A DNA stretch of 64,000 bases from Macrostomum lignano. Lineage: Eukaryota. The DNA is taken from assembly GCA_002269645.1 (NCBI GenBank), contig NIVC01001551.1, positions 124,001 through 188,000 of the forward strand. Direction: 5' to 3'. Below, piece after piece: positions 48,155 through 61,000 of the stretch (positions are counted from its first letter, which is position 1; each line of letters opens with the position of its first letter). A program made the position numbers and the translations under genes. Under the pieces are notes generated by a model. The model ran no database searches. It was not told the DNA's origin and was given only the letters and a program-made list of their open reading frames with translations.

Positions 48155-48330
48155 AGCAGTCAGTGGGATTAACTCCCCAAATCCCCAAAACAACCGCCCT
48201 GACACCCCATAGCAGTCAGTGGGAAAAACTCCCCAAATCCCCAAAACAACCGCCCTGACACCCCATAGCAGTCAGTGGGATAAACTCCCCAAATCTCCAA
48301 AACAACCGCCCTGACATCCCATAGCAGTCA
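48155..48330. repeat. 56-bp tandem repeat, about 3 copies, just downstream of the SUMO stop
   Basis: AGCAGTCA at 48155, 48211, 48267 and 48323. Confidence 0.9.
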
Positions 48331-48358
48331 CCGAGAATGAGTCGCACAGCCCAGCTGC

Positions 48359-48625
48359 TCACACGCAGCCGCCAACCTGAGACTGGAACACCTCAATCGT
48401 GTCATTCTCCTCCATGTCCAACGTGGCCGGGGTGTCCGACTCCTCCACGTTGTTTCCGTCGAAGATGAAGCGGACGGTCTGTGCCCGAAGGCCCAGCCTA
48501 TCGCAGTAAGTGGTCATCAGCTTCCTCAGCGGGGTGTTCTTCTTGATCTTGAAGTGGATCACGGCCCCGTCCTGGCCCTGCACCTTCAGGTTGATGTGCT
48601 CGCTGGAGGCGTTGGTTCCCGACAT
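48359..48625 (-). CDS. SUMO: Small ubiquitin-like modifier (SUMO), 88-aa precursor, intronless CDS
   Basis: [12 protein letters not shown]...[14 protein letters not shown]...RFIFDG...[25 protein letters not shown]: SUMO ubiquitin-like fold motifs, a di-Gly and a 2-residue propeptide. Confidence 0.93.
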   Translation of the reverse strand: MSGTNASSEHINLKVQGQDGAVIHFKIKKNTPLRKLMTTYCDRLGLRAQTVRFIFDGNNVEESDTPATLDMEENDTIEVFQSQVGGCV

Positions 48626-48640
48626 GCTGGCTGCTGATTA

Positions 48641-49315
48641 GTGCTCAAGTGAGAGCTCACTGGCTGAAAGAGAAGCGAGTGGATGAGGAGTGAGCAACTC
48701 AGTGCTGAGTAGTGCTCAAGTGAGAGCTCACTGGCTGAAAGAGAAGCGAGTGGATGAGGAGTGAGCAACTCAGTGCTGAGTAGTGCTCAAGTGAGAGCTT
48801 GCTGGCTGAAAGAGAAGCGAGTGGGTGAGGAGTGAGCAACTCAGTGCTGAGTAGTGCTCAAGTGAGAGCTCACTGGCTGAAAGAGAAGCGAGTGGGTGAG
48901 GAGTGAGCAACTCAGTGCTGAGTAGTGCTCAAGTGAGAGCTCACTGGCTGAAAGAGAAGCGAGTGGGTGAGGAGTGAGCAAATCAGTGCTGAGTAGTGCT
49001 CAAGTGAGAGCTCACTGGCTGAAAGAGAAGCGAGTGGGTGAGGAGTGAGCAACTCAGTGCTGAGTAGTGCTCAAGTGAGAGCTCACTGGCTGAAAGAGAA
49101 GCGAGTGGGTGAGGAGTGAGCAACTCAGTGCTGAGTAGTGCTCAAGTGAGAGCTCACTGGCTGAAAGAGAAGCGAGTGGGTGAGGAGTGAGCCACTCAGT
49201 GCTGAGTAGTGCTCAAGTGAGAGCTGGCTGGCTGAAAGAGAAGCAAGTGGGTGAGGAGTGAGCAACTCAGTGCTAAGTAGTGCTCAAGTGAGAGCTCGCT
49301 GGTTGAAAGAGAAGC
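48641..49315 (-). repeat. 71-bp tandem repeat, about 9.5 copies, starting 16 nt upstream of the SUMO ATG
   Basis: GTGCTCAAG recurs with a 71-bp period (seen at 48641, 48712, 48783 and 49280). Confidence 0.95.
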
Positions 49316-50714
49316 TAATAAAAGAAGGCAGTGCTTATTTAGCCAGCAGTCTAGCTTCAAAGTTAGTCAGAAGAATCTAAAACTTGACTTACTCTTTGAA
49401 AAATTAATGACAAAACAAACATTTTGGAAGTCTAGACATTGTGTTATTGCAATTTTGGTGTAGATATTTACACTAGTAGAAACTACTAAATCTTGCAAAT
49501 TTAAATAGCTATCATAACTTTCCTTCATATTCATAAAGCTGTGCTAAAGCTCAAGGTAATTTCGACAATTTGATAGATACCAGTATATTAATATTTAATG
49601 TTTCATTCTTTGCCTTTCAGACATGCTAACTAGAGAATTAAAACCCTGTGGTCACATCAATCAAATACTTCTAAATATGATGGATGTTACTTTGAATGTA
49701 TGAATGCACTTCCTGCTCTTTGTATATATTGACAATAATAAATAAATAAAACAGTATGAGGCTTTTGTGTTTTTGTATTGTTCTCAATAAACCTTTATTT
49801 AAAAAGAATATTTTGTTAAGGGGTAATGAAGCATTAGCATTGAAATGAAAAATAACAAACTTTTAAATTCCTTATTCCATTTAAAAAGAAAAATAATGGA
49901 AGTTTTATAAAAACATTTGATTTGCTTTTTCTTACATTTAGTCCCTAAAGTTTGATATTAGGATATCTTAATATCCTAAGCCTAAACTCAAAGGAACATA
50001 TAGCCCATAGTTTTCTGCATAAGAAACTAGGTGCAGTCACCTTTTTGGCTCTTTAACAATTGCTTGTCTAGTATAGTCTAGTAATGTCTAGTATATATAT
50101 CACAAATAAATTTGTTTGTAGGGAGTCAATTTTTGGCATATTGTGTAAAGGATTTGGGAGTGTAGAGCCATGACCTTCTGATCCTGGGAACACCCAGACC
50201 TAGACTAAGAGAAAATCTAAATAGATGAAAGCTATAAAAGAAAGATACAAAATACAAAAGTGCCATAAGGCCACTCAGGTCAATAGTATAGACATAATAT
50301 ACTAAATCTTACACTACTAAGTCTATATACTACTAGTATAAAGATTGTTTAGAAAGTCTGATCAAACATGAATATCTTTTTTGAGTCACTACTTTGTCTT
50401 GAAACTTTATACCATAGACAAATATCATACCATTGTGATAGGAAACAGATTTAATGATACAAAATTGTTCAGTTTAGTTATATTTATTAGTTTAATTAAT
50501 TTTTTTAATTATAACCATATAGCTATTATAAACCTGTATCTCAGTAAGTTTCAACTGATTATCCCCAATCATTGCTTGCAATGACTAGATGGCTAGACAT
50601 TCACCTGCACTAATCTTCATTGTGCCCCCAAGGCCTATTAGGCCATTAGGCCCAAGAGCTCTATAATATGGATATTACATTTTTGTTTTTGAACAATTCT
50701 ATGTTGTTAAATGG

Positions 50715-51421
50715 GGAACTGATCAAAAGGGTAACAGATCAAAGAGGCAATAGTTAAAAGGGTGACAGTCAAAAGGGCAACAGTCAAAAGGGTGATAAAT
50801 TGACAATCATAACAGTTACATGTCCACATATTAGACTTGCATATATTTGTCAAAATGTACATTTTAACAAAAAATGAATTTTGTTAAAAATATACAAGTA
50901 GTTAAAATGTACATCTTAGAGTTGTATTGGCATTATATATGCATGTATAGTAATGCACCAAAAACTACTCAGGCATCAAATGGAAAACCCCATTTCTTAG
51001 AAAATTTTACAAGGCAGTTTTTCCAAAAAATAAATATAATGGATATAGAAATTTTTCATTTTTCAGCATAGAAAATTGTTATTGCTTTTAGTCTAGACTC
51101 AATGAGTCAATGCTCATCTTTTTATATGTTCTACCTTTCTTATAGGTCTATTGATATTCATAAAGCTTTTCACTAGTTAGCTAGGAATCATAAAATAGAT
51201 TGCAAATTCAAATTTTAACAAAGTTAACAAATATGCAGGCACAAGTCTAGGACTAATTTTAACACGTACATTACCAAATATATTTTGAACACATAGAAGT
51301 CTAATACATGTGAACTTATGATTGTATATATTATGATTGTTGCCCTTTTGATTGTTGCCCTTTTGACTATCACCTTTCTGACTGTCGCCTTTTTGATCTG
51401 TTGCCTTTTTGACCTGTAGCT
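50715..51421. mobile_element. Old foldback/MITE with ~150-bp imperfect inverted arms made of short repeats
   Basis: Left (CAGTCAAAAGGGCAA)n...ATTAGACTT versus right AAGTCTAAT...(TTGCCCTTTTGA)n. Ends and TSD are not resolved. Confidence 0.55.
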
Positions 51422-51508
51422 ATTAAATGCATCTTATATCATAATAAAAACATTTTGGTATTCATTTAAGTAGAAAAAGAATTAAATGTACACTTTTAGG
51501 CTCTTATA

Positions 51509-53550
51509 TGAGGGCTATTAGAAAACTTTTGCTTATGACCAATATATTTTTGTAAGTTACATAACAAAATATGGCTAAGCCCAGGCCACTGCCTGGGATA
51601 TAAAGTGTCTATTACACAAAATTTGGCTTAAAATCTGGACACTAGAAGAAGCTTCACAGCAGAAAATTTACAAGTCCTATTATGAACACCTCCATTTTGC
51701 AAAAAAGCTTCTCTAAAGAAGACAAATGAACCATCATCAAGCTCCATGCCTTGCTTAGACTGTCTCCAACAGAGACACATGCAACAATGCATCAAGCCAT
51801 GACAGGCTCTTGCCTATCATATGACACTGTTCCTTGCTAGATAGCAAATGTTTTTATTGGCATAGAGGACGTGTAAGATGAACCTTGAAATGGAAAGCCC
51901 TGTTTGACATAAACAATGGGAGTACAACGTTTGCTTGTGGGAAGTTTGCTTGCGGAATTTTGCTTGCCAAACTTTGCATGCCACACTTTGCTTGCTGAAC
52001 TTTCCTTGCAGGAAATTTGCTTGTAGGAATTTTGCTTGCCACGCCACTGGAATTTTGAAGTCTGCTTCCTAGAAATTTGCAATCACAATTGCAGAAATAT
52101 AAGAGCTCAAAAATAGGTCCTTCAAGGTTACGCAATAAAACTGTGGCTGGCAAACCTCGGCAAGCAAATTTTGGCAATCAAAGTTCCTGCAAGCAAACTT
52201 TGACAAGCTTATAGGCAGCAAGCGAAATTTGGCAAGCAAGGTTCAGCAAGCAAAGCTTAGCAAGCAAACTTTGGCAAGCAGACTTTGGCAAGCAGACTTT
52301 GGCAAGCAGACTTTGGCAAGCAGACTTTGGCAAGCAAAATTCCACAAGCAAAGTTTGGCAAGCAAAGCTTGGCAAGCAAAATTCGACCAGCAAAGTTTGG
52401 CAAGCAAATTTCTTGCAAGCAAATTTCATAGACCCACAAACAACACAGTTGGTACAGAAGGTGGAAGCTGCTTTGCAAAAAAATAGCCATGTCACCACTT
52501 GTCAGCTGGCTAAGTCTATTGGCATATCTCATGACATAATTCATAAAGTTCTGACTGAAGATCTTGGAGTCAGGAAGATTTGTGCAAAGTGGTTGCCTCA
52601 TATCCTGTCAAAGGAGCAGAAGGTCTGCCACACAACTCTTAGCGTAGCTCATCTGCAGACACAGGTGCGAGGGACTTCAGTTTCTTCAGAGAATTGTGGC
52701 TTGTGATGAGACTTGGGCACTTTTGTGGGAGGCTGAACTGAAGCGGCAGAGTGCATCTTGGTGCTAGCCTAGATCTCCAAGGCTAGTGAAGGCTGCAATG
52801 AGCATTGCTCAGCTGAAAATCATGCATGTGACTTTCTTTGATTGTGAGGGCATTATCTTTGATCAGGCTATTCTTGCCAGCTAGACAGTCAATGGTGACT
52901 ATTATTTCTTTTTACGTTCTACTATCTTCAAGCTGGCAAAATAGCTTGCAGTTTTTACCAAATTGGTTGCCGCTAGCGGTGGCTGTCTATGGAAAATTCT
53001 ATGTCTATGGTCAGGCTGAGCCGTGGCCAAATTGGTTGCAGTTTTTATCAAATAGAACGTAAAAAGGTATATTTGGAAGTGTTGCACAAGGTGCAAAGAG
53101 CCATTTGTGACAAAAGGCCAAGCTTGCATGTCTAGGGCCCAATCCTACTGCAAGACAATGCTGCTCCGCATTGCAAGAAATTGGTGATTAAAGCCATCTC
53201 TTTATGGGGCTAGGAAATTCTTCTGCATCTACCTTATTTGCTAGATCTCAGCCCATGCAACTTTTTCCTCTTCCTCAGAATCAAGGACACAATGTGAGGC
53301 CGACGTTTTAGTAGCAAGGAGAAAGTCAATGAGGCTTATTGCAAAAAAATGGAGGCCACAATGAAGAGTGGTGTTAGTGCCAGCATTGACGGACTTGTAT
53401 TGCAGTGGGAAAAATGCCCTAAGGTTGGCAGCAAATATTTTGAGTGATGAGATGCTTATAGAGTTTTCTGGTAAGTTTTATATTTTAATATAGGCCAAGC
53501 TTAGTTTTAATTTTATTGACTAATAAACAGAACTTTTCTAACAGCCCTTG
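51509..53550 (+). mobile_element. Decayed mariner (DD34D) transposon with a transposase pseudogene
   Basis: TA-flanked ~30-bp TIRs TA|TGAGGGCTATTAGAAAACTT and AACTTTTCTAACAGCCCTTG|TA. Remnant peptides EDV*DEP*NGKP, GISHDIIHKVLTEDLGVRKICAKWLPHILSKEQK (WVPHEL motif), CDETW, KIMHVTFFDCEGII, LQDNAAPH and HLPYLLDLSPCNFFLF (YSPDLAPSD motif). Many stops and frameshifts. Confidence 0.9.
51917..52436. mobile_element. 520-bp foldback MITE built of (GGCAAGCAAA) repeats, inserted in the mariner ORF
   Basis: Ends TGGG...TTTGCTTG / CAAGCAAA...CCCA. Flanks TAAACAA and CAAACAA. Removing the insert restores the frame NGKPCLT*TTQLVQKV. Confidence 0.7.
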
Positions 53551-53639
53551 TACAATTGCCCAATCTATTTATTTTTTAGAGGCAGGGGGGTTGTGTGCAC
53601 CCTAGCACACTTTAAGCGACATAGGCACACAACTGGCGA

Positions 53640-53920
53640 TGGCATTACTGCCCATTTTACTAGCTCCCCTGAGCAGGCATATAAGCGTGGGCATATATAC
53701 GCAGGCACACACTCACATAGAAGTGTACAGCAGCCCTAACTTTATTGTTAGGCATGTACACTTCACTGCACCTTGGGGGGTTGGTTCTCAAAGCCATTAA
53801 TTGCATGAGCAGAGCCAAGCCGAGATTCCAATTCAGCCCCAAATTAATGTGACTGCACTTGGAATTGAGCCTAGGTTAGTGGCATACCAGAGCAGCTATG
53901 CTACCACTGGGCTATGGCTT
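53640..53920 (-). mobile_element. tRNA-derived SINE, near full length
   Basis: Minus strand A box TAGCCCAGTGGTAG (53901-53914) and B-box-like GGCTCAATTCC (53861-53871). The body is shared with 41072-41260 and 29970-30175. Confidence 0.65.
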
Positions 53921-54671
53921 CCCTATTGCCTAAACTATTATATTAATAAGATTTTGGTAAGACAGAGGAAGCCCTATGATATCTTTATTGCAAACAATAG
54001 GATAAAATCATAGAAAAAAACCATTGTAGGCCCTAACCCCTAATAACTTTGGTGTTAAAAATAAGATCATTTTAGACCTAGAAGGTAAAATGTTTTCTCT
54101 ACAACTCTTTTTCTACATTTTCTACATTTTCTCTACAAATATAGTATTTGTATTAGGGACTTCAATGAAGATCTCATGAGTTGCCAAATATTCAGAAAGC
54201 AAATTTTATTAAAAAAGTATTTTTTACTAAGAAAACTTTGCAATATAGAATCAAAGAATATAGAATAATCAAATATGAAACTAAAAATTAGAGTGAAAGA
54301 AAAGAAAATAGGCCATATATTTTATCATGAAAAAACTATTTAAAACTTATCTGGCTCTTATTGGAATGATAGGGCCTATAAATTGCTTTATGCATTAGTA
54401 AATGTTTAACAAAATTGTCTATTTAGTACACAAGACAATGTAAATTTTTATACTTTTTTATGTATGTCTCTGCTTTAAAAAGACACATTAGGGGCCTAGA
54501 CACAAACAAAGATGCTTCATAAGCTGAGATATTCCTTAGCAATGGTTGTTATGACATTTCCCAATATACTAAATACTGTATATGGGTTGTTTTTTGAGGA
54601 GCCATTACTCTTCAAACACTGCTCTTTCTGAGTAAAAATTGCATAGCTACTTTACGCATATCTTTGCTTTA

Positions 54672-55012
54672 AAAAGACACATCAAACATACACAGATACT
54701 TCACAAGCTGAGATATTCTCTAGCAACAGTTGTTACAACATTTCTAGATATACCAAATATTGTTTAATGTTGCTATTTGAGATAACTGTTTTTTAGAAGC
54801 TGTGCTCTTTTCGCATGAAAATTGTACTGCTGCTTTATGCATGCTTCACTGTAGTGGCTCCTCATGTGGCTCCTTATGTCATGTAGTGGCTCCTCAAAGA
54901 ACAACTATATATAATATTTAATATATTGGGAAACGTTATAACAACTATTGCTAGGGAATATCTCAGCTTGTGAAGCATCTTTGTGTGTGTGTGTGTGATG
55001 TGTCTAGAAGTC
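54672..55012. mobile_element. ~340-bp inverted-repeat element, with an extra direct copy of one arm at ~54480-54580
   Basis: AGACACATC...CTTCACAAGCTGAGATATTC...GTTGTTACAAC is mirrored by GTTATAACAAC...GAATATCTCAGCTTGTGAAG...GATGTGTCT. Confidence 0.6.
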
Positions 55013-55051
55013 TAGAAAGTCTAGAAGTCTGAGAAATTCATATTGTCTTCA

Positions 55052-58000
55052 TCCAATATACTAAAAATGGTCTGTCTGTGTCTATCTATCTATCTATCTA
55101 TCTATCTATGTGATCGATTAGAGAAAAAATGGCTGGACCGATTTTGTTCGAACTTGCACTGTTCGATCAGAAATTTTCCCGTGACGGTACATGCATCGTG
55201 GCTAAGAAATTGCTCAATGCTAGAGGCATTAAATATTCGAAAAACATGCTTTTTTGCAAAGGTCAAGCAAACTTTTTGACTTGAAATGCATTGTAAGAAT
55301 GCTAGAGAAAAAACTGACTGGTTGAATTCTGACTCTGAAATAGATTGCATCATAACTGAATTGTAACTCTGACTTGAATTGAAAATGCAGTGTGGAAGCC
55401 TAGCACCAGACTTGATTTAAATTGCGTAACCATATTGTTAACTGATACTGACTGACTGAGAAACTGATTATGTCATAACTGCTTCGTGTGATTTACTCTA
55501 TGCTTGGATTTTAAACTGTTGAATTATATATATATGTGCAAAATTTGATAAATGCAGCGACGATGGTTCGAATTTTCATAGAATATAATTTTTTCAATTA
55601 AAGCTTTTCAACGTCAGGAAAACTAAAAGACTTTTTAAAAAGAAGCGTCATGTAAAAATCATAGAAGCGTCATATAAAAATCATAGATGCGTCATTTAAA
55701 AAATCATAGAAGCATCGTATAAAAATCATAGAAGCGTCATGTAAACAATCATAGAAGCGTCATGTAAACAATCATAGAAGCGTCATGTAAACAATCATAG
55801 AAGCGTCATGTCAAAATCATAGAAGCGTCATGTAAACAATCATAGAAGCGTCATGAAACAATCATAGAAGCGTCATGAAACAATCATAGAAGCGTCATGT
55901 AAACAATCATAGAAGCGTCATATAAACAATCATAGAAGCGTCATGTAAAAATCATAGAAGCGTCATGTAACCAATCATAGAAGCGTCATGAAACAATCAT
56001 AGAAGCGTCATGTAAAAATCATAGAAGCGTCATGTAAACAATCATAGAAGCGTCATGTAAACAATCATAGAAGCGCCATGTAAAAATCATAAAAGCGACA
56101 TGTAAAAATCATAGAAGCGTCATGTAAAATCATAGAATCGTCCTGCCAAAATCGTAGAAGCGTCATGTAAAAAATCCTTGAAGCGTCATGTAAACAATCA
56201 TAGAAGCGTCATGAAACAATCATAGAAGCGTCATGTAAACAATCATAGAAGCGTCATGTAAACAATCCTAGAAGCGTCATGTAAAAAATCATAGAAGCGT
56301 CATGTAAACAATCATAGAAGCGCCAAGTAAAAATCATAAAAGCGTCATGTAAACAATCATAGAAGCGTCATGTAAACAATCATAGAAGCGTCATGTAAAC
56401 AATCATAGAAGCGTCATGTAAACAATCATAGAAGCGCCAAGTAAAAATCATAAAAGCGTCATGTAAACAATCATAGAAGCGTCATGTAAACAATCATAGA
56501 AGCGTCATGTAAACAATCCTAGAAGCGTCATGTAAACAATCATAGAAGCGTCATGTAAACAATCCTAGAAGCGTCATGTAAACAATCATAGAAGCGTCAT
56601 GTAAACAGTCATAGAAGCGCCAAGTAAAAATCATAAAAGCGTCATGTAAACAATCATTCAAGCGTCATTTAAACAATCATAGAAGCGTCATGTAAACAAT
56701 CATTCAAGCGTCATTTAAACAATCATAGAAGCGTCATGTAAACAAGCATAGAAGAATGTAAACAATCATAGAAGCGTCATGTAAACAATCATTCAAGCGT
56801 CATTTAAACAATCATAGAAGCGTCATGTAAGCAAGCATAGAAGCGTCATGTAAAAATCATAGAAGCGTCATGTAAACAATCATAGAAGCGTCATGTAAAC
56901 AATCATAGAAGCGTCATGTCAAAATCATAGAAGCGTCATGTAAACAATCATAGAAGCGTCATGAAACAATCATAGAAGCGTCATGAAACAATCATAGAAG
57001 CGTCATGTAAACAATCATAGAAGCGTCATATAAACAATCATAGAAGCGTCATGTAAAAATCATAGAAGCGTCATGTAAACAATCATAGAAGCGTCATGAA
57101 ACAATCATAGAAGCGTCATGTAAAAATCATAGAAGCGTCATGTAAACAATCATAGAAGCGTCATGTAAACAATCATAGAAGCGCCATGTAAAAATCATAA
57201 AAGCGACATGTAAAAATCATAGAAGCGTCATGTAAAATCATAGAATCGTCCTGCCAAAATCGTAGAAGCGTCATGTAAAAAATCCTTGAAGCGTCATGTA
57301 AACAATCATAGAAGCGTCATGAAACAATCATAGAAGCGTCATGTAAACAATCATAGAAGCGTCATGTAAACAATCCTAGAAGCGTCATGTAAACAATCCT
57401 AGAAGCGTCATGTAAACAATCATAGAAGCGTCATGTAAACAATCCTAGAAGCGTCATGTAAACAATCATTCAAGCGTCATTTAAACAATCATAGAAGCGT
57501 CATGTAAACAATCATTCAAGCGTCATTTAAACAATCATAGAAGCGTCATGTAAACAAGCATAGAAGAATGTAAACAATCATAGAAGCGTCATGTAAACAA
57601 TCATTCAAGCGTCATTTAAACAATCATAGAAGCGTCATGTAAACAAGCATAGAAGCGTCATGTAAACAATCATAGAAGCGTCATGTAAACAATCATAGAA
57701 GCGTAATTTAAAAAATCATAGAAGCGTCATGTAAACAATCATAGAAGCGCCATGTAAACAATCATAGAAGCGTCATTTAAAAAATCATAGAAGCGCTATG
57801 TAAACAATCATAGAAGCGTCATGTAAACAATCATAGAAGCGTCATGTAAAAATCATAGAAGCGTCATGTAAACAATCATAGAAGCGTCATTTAAAAAATC
57901 ATAGAAGCGTCATGAAAAAATCATAGAAGCGTCATGTAAACAATCATAGAAGTGTCATGTAAACAATCATAGAAGCGTCATGTAAAAAATCATAGAAGTG

Positions 58001-61000
58001 TCATGTAAACAATCATAGAAGCGTCATGAAAAAATCATAGAAGCGTCATGTAAACAATCATAGAAGCGTCATGTAAAAAGCATAGAAGCGTCATGTAGAA
58101 AGCATAGAAGCGTCATATAAAACTCATAGAAGCGTCATTTAAAAAAATCATAGAAGCGTCATGTAAACAATCATAGAAGCGTAATGTAAAAAATCATAGA
58201 AGCGTCATGTAAACAATCATAGAAGCGTCATGAAAAAATCATAGAGAAAAAATGGCTGGACCGATTTTGTTCGAACTTGCACTGTTCGATCAGAAATTTT
58301 CCCGTGACGGTACATGCATCGTGGCTAAGAAATTGCTCAATGCTAGAGGCATTAAATATTCGAAAAACATGCTTTTTTGCAAAGGTCAATCAAACTTTTT
58401 GACTTGAAATGCATTGTAAGAATGCTAGAGAAAAAACTGACTGGTTGAATTCTGACTCTGAAATAGATTGCATCATAACTGAATTGTAACTCTGACTTGA
58501 ATTGAAAATGCAGTGTGGAAGCCTAGCACCAGACTTGATTTAAATTGCGTAACCATATTGTTAACTGATACTGACTGACTGAGAAACTGATTATGTCATA
58601 ACTGCTTCGTGTGATTTACTCTATGCTTGGATTTTAAAGTGTTGAATTATATAAGTGCAAAATTGGTGTTATCAAAACGACGAGAGCTAGCCTAGAGGTG
58701 AACAAACTGAACTGCTAAATGCAGCGACGATGATTCGAATTTTCATAGAGTATAATTTTTTTAATTAAAGCTTTTCAACGTCAGGAAAACTAAAAGACTT
58801 TTTAAAAAGAAGCGTCATGTAATGACGTCATGTACGTCATGACGTCATGTAAACAATCATAAAAGCGTCATGTAAAAAATCGTAGAAGCGTCATATAAAA
58901 ATCGTAGAAGCGTCATTTAAAAAATCATAGAAGCGTCATGTAAACAATCATAGAAGCGTCATGTAAACAATCATAGAAGCGTCATGTAATAAATCATAGA
59001 AGCGTCATGTAAACAATCATAGAAGCGTCATGTAAACAGTCATAGAAGCGTCATGTAAAAAATCATAAAAGCGTCATTTTAAAAATGATAGAAGCGTCAT
59101 GTAATGAATCATAGAAGCGTCATGTAAACAGTCATAGAAGCGTCATGTAAAAATCATAGAAGCGTCATGTAAACAATCATAGAAGCGTCATGTAAACAAT
59201 CATAGAAGCGTCATTTAAAAAATCATAGAAGCGTCATATAAACAATCATAGAAGCGTCATGTAAACAATCATAGAAGCGTCATGTAAAAAATCATAGAAG
59301 CGTCATCTAAAAATCATAGAAGCGTCATGTAATGAATCATAGAAGCGTCATGTAAAAAATCATAAAAGCGTCATGTAAAAAAATCGTAGAAGCGTCATAT
59401 AAAAATCATAGAAGCGTCATGTAAACAATCATAGAAGCGTCATGTAAAAATCATAAAAGCGTCATGTAAACAATCATAGAAGCGTCATGTAAACAATCAT
59501 AGAAGCGTCATGTAAACAATCATAGAAGCGTCATGTAAAAAATCGTAGAAGCGTCATCTAAGAATCATAGAAGCGTCATGTAATGAATCATAGAAGCGTC
59601 ATGTAAAAAATCATAAAAGCGTCATGTAAAAAAATCGTAGAAGCGTCATATAAAAATCATAGAAGCGTCATGTAAACAATCATAGAAGCGTCATGTAAAA
59701 ATCATAGAAGCGTCATGTAAAAAATCATAGAAGCGTCATGTAAACAATCATAGAAGCGTCATGTAAACAATCATAGAAGCGTCATGTAAAAATCATAGAA
59801 GCGTCATGTAAAAAATCATAGAAGCGTCATGTAAACAATAATAGAAGCGTCATGTAAACAATCATAGAAGCGTCATGTAAACAATCATAGAAGCGTAATT
59901 TAAAAAATCATAGAAGCGTCATGTAAACAATCATAGAAGCGCCATGTAAACAATCATAGAAGCGTCATTTAAAAAATCATAGAAGCGCTATGTAAACAAT
60001 CATAGAAGCGTCATGTAAACAATCATAGAAGCGTCATGTAAAAATCATAGAAGCGTCATGTAAACAATCATAGAAGCGTCATTTAAAAAATCATAGAAGC
60101 GTCATGAAAAAATCATAGAAGCGTCATGTAAACAATCATAGAAGTGTCATGTAAACAATCATAGAAGCGTCATGTAAAAATCATAGAAGTGTCATGTAAA
60201 CAATCATAGAAGCGTCATGAAAAAATCATAGAAGCGTCATGTAAACAATCATAGAAGCGTCATGTAAAAAGCATAGAAGCGTCATGTAGAAAGCATAGAA
60301 GCGTCATATAAAACTCATAGAAGCGTCATTTAAAAAAATCATAGAAGCGTCATGTAAACAATCATAGAAGCGTAATGTAAAAAATCATAGAAGCGTCATG
60401 TAAACAATCATAGAAGCGTCATGAAAAAATCATAGAGAAAAAATGGCTGGACCGATTTTGTTCGAACTTGCACTGTTCGATCAGAAATTTTCCCGTGACG
60501 GTACATGCATCGTGGCTAAGAAATTGCTCAATGCTAGAGGCATTAAATATTCGAAAAACATGCTTTTTTGCAAAGGTCAATCAAACTTTTTGACTTGAAA
60601 TGCATTGTAAGAATGCTAGAGAAAAAACTGACTGGTTGAATTCTGACTCTGAAATAGATTGCATCATAACTGAATTGTAACTCTGACTTGAATTGAAAAT
60701 GCAGTGTGGAAGCCTAGCACCAGACTTGATTTAAATTGCGTAACCATATTGTTAACTGATACTGACTGACTGAGAAACTGATTATGTCATAACTGCTTCG
60801 TGTGATTTACTCTATGCTTGGATTTTAAAGTGTTGAATTATATAAGTGCAAAATTGGTGTTATCAAAACGACGAGAGCTAGCCTAGAGGTGAACAAACTG
60901 AACTGCTAAATGCAGCGACGATGATTCGAATTTTCATAGAGTATAATTTTTTTAATTAAAGCTTTTCAACGTCAGGAAAACTAAAAGACTTTTTAAAAAG

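Noticed and set aside
53861-53920. Possible tRNA gene
   Set aside because: It does not form a full cloverleaf, the B box is degenerate, and it continues into a body shared with other SINE copies.
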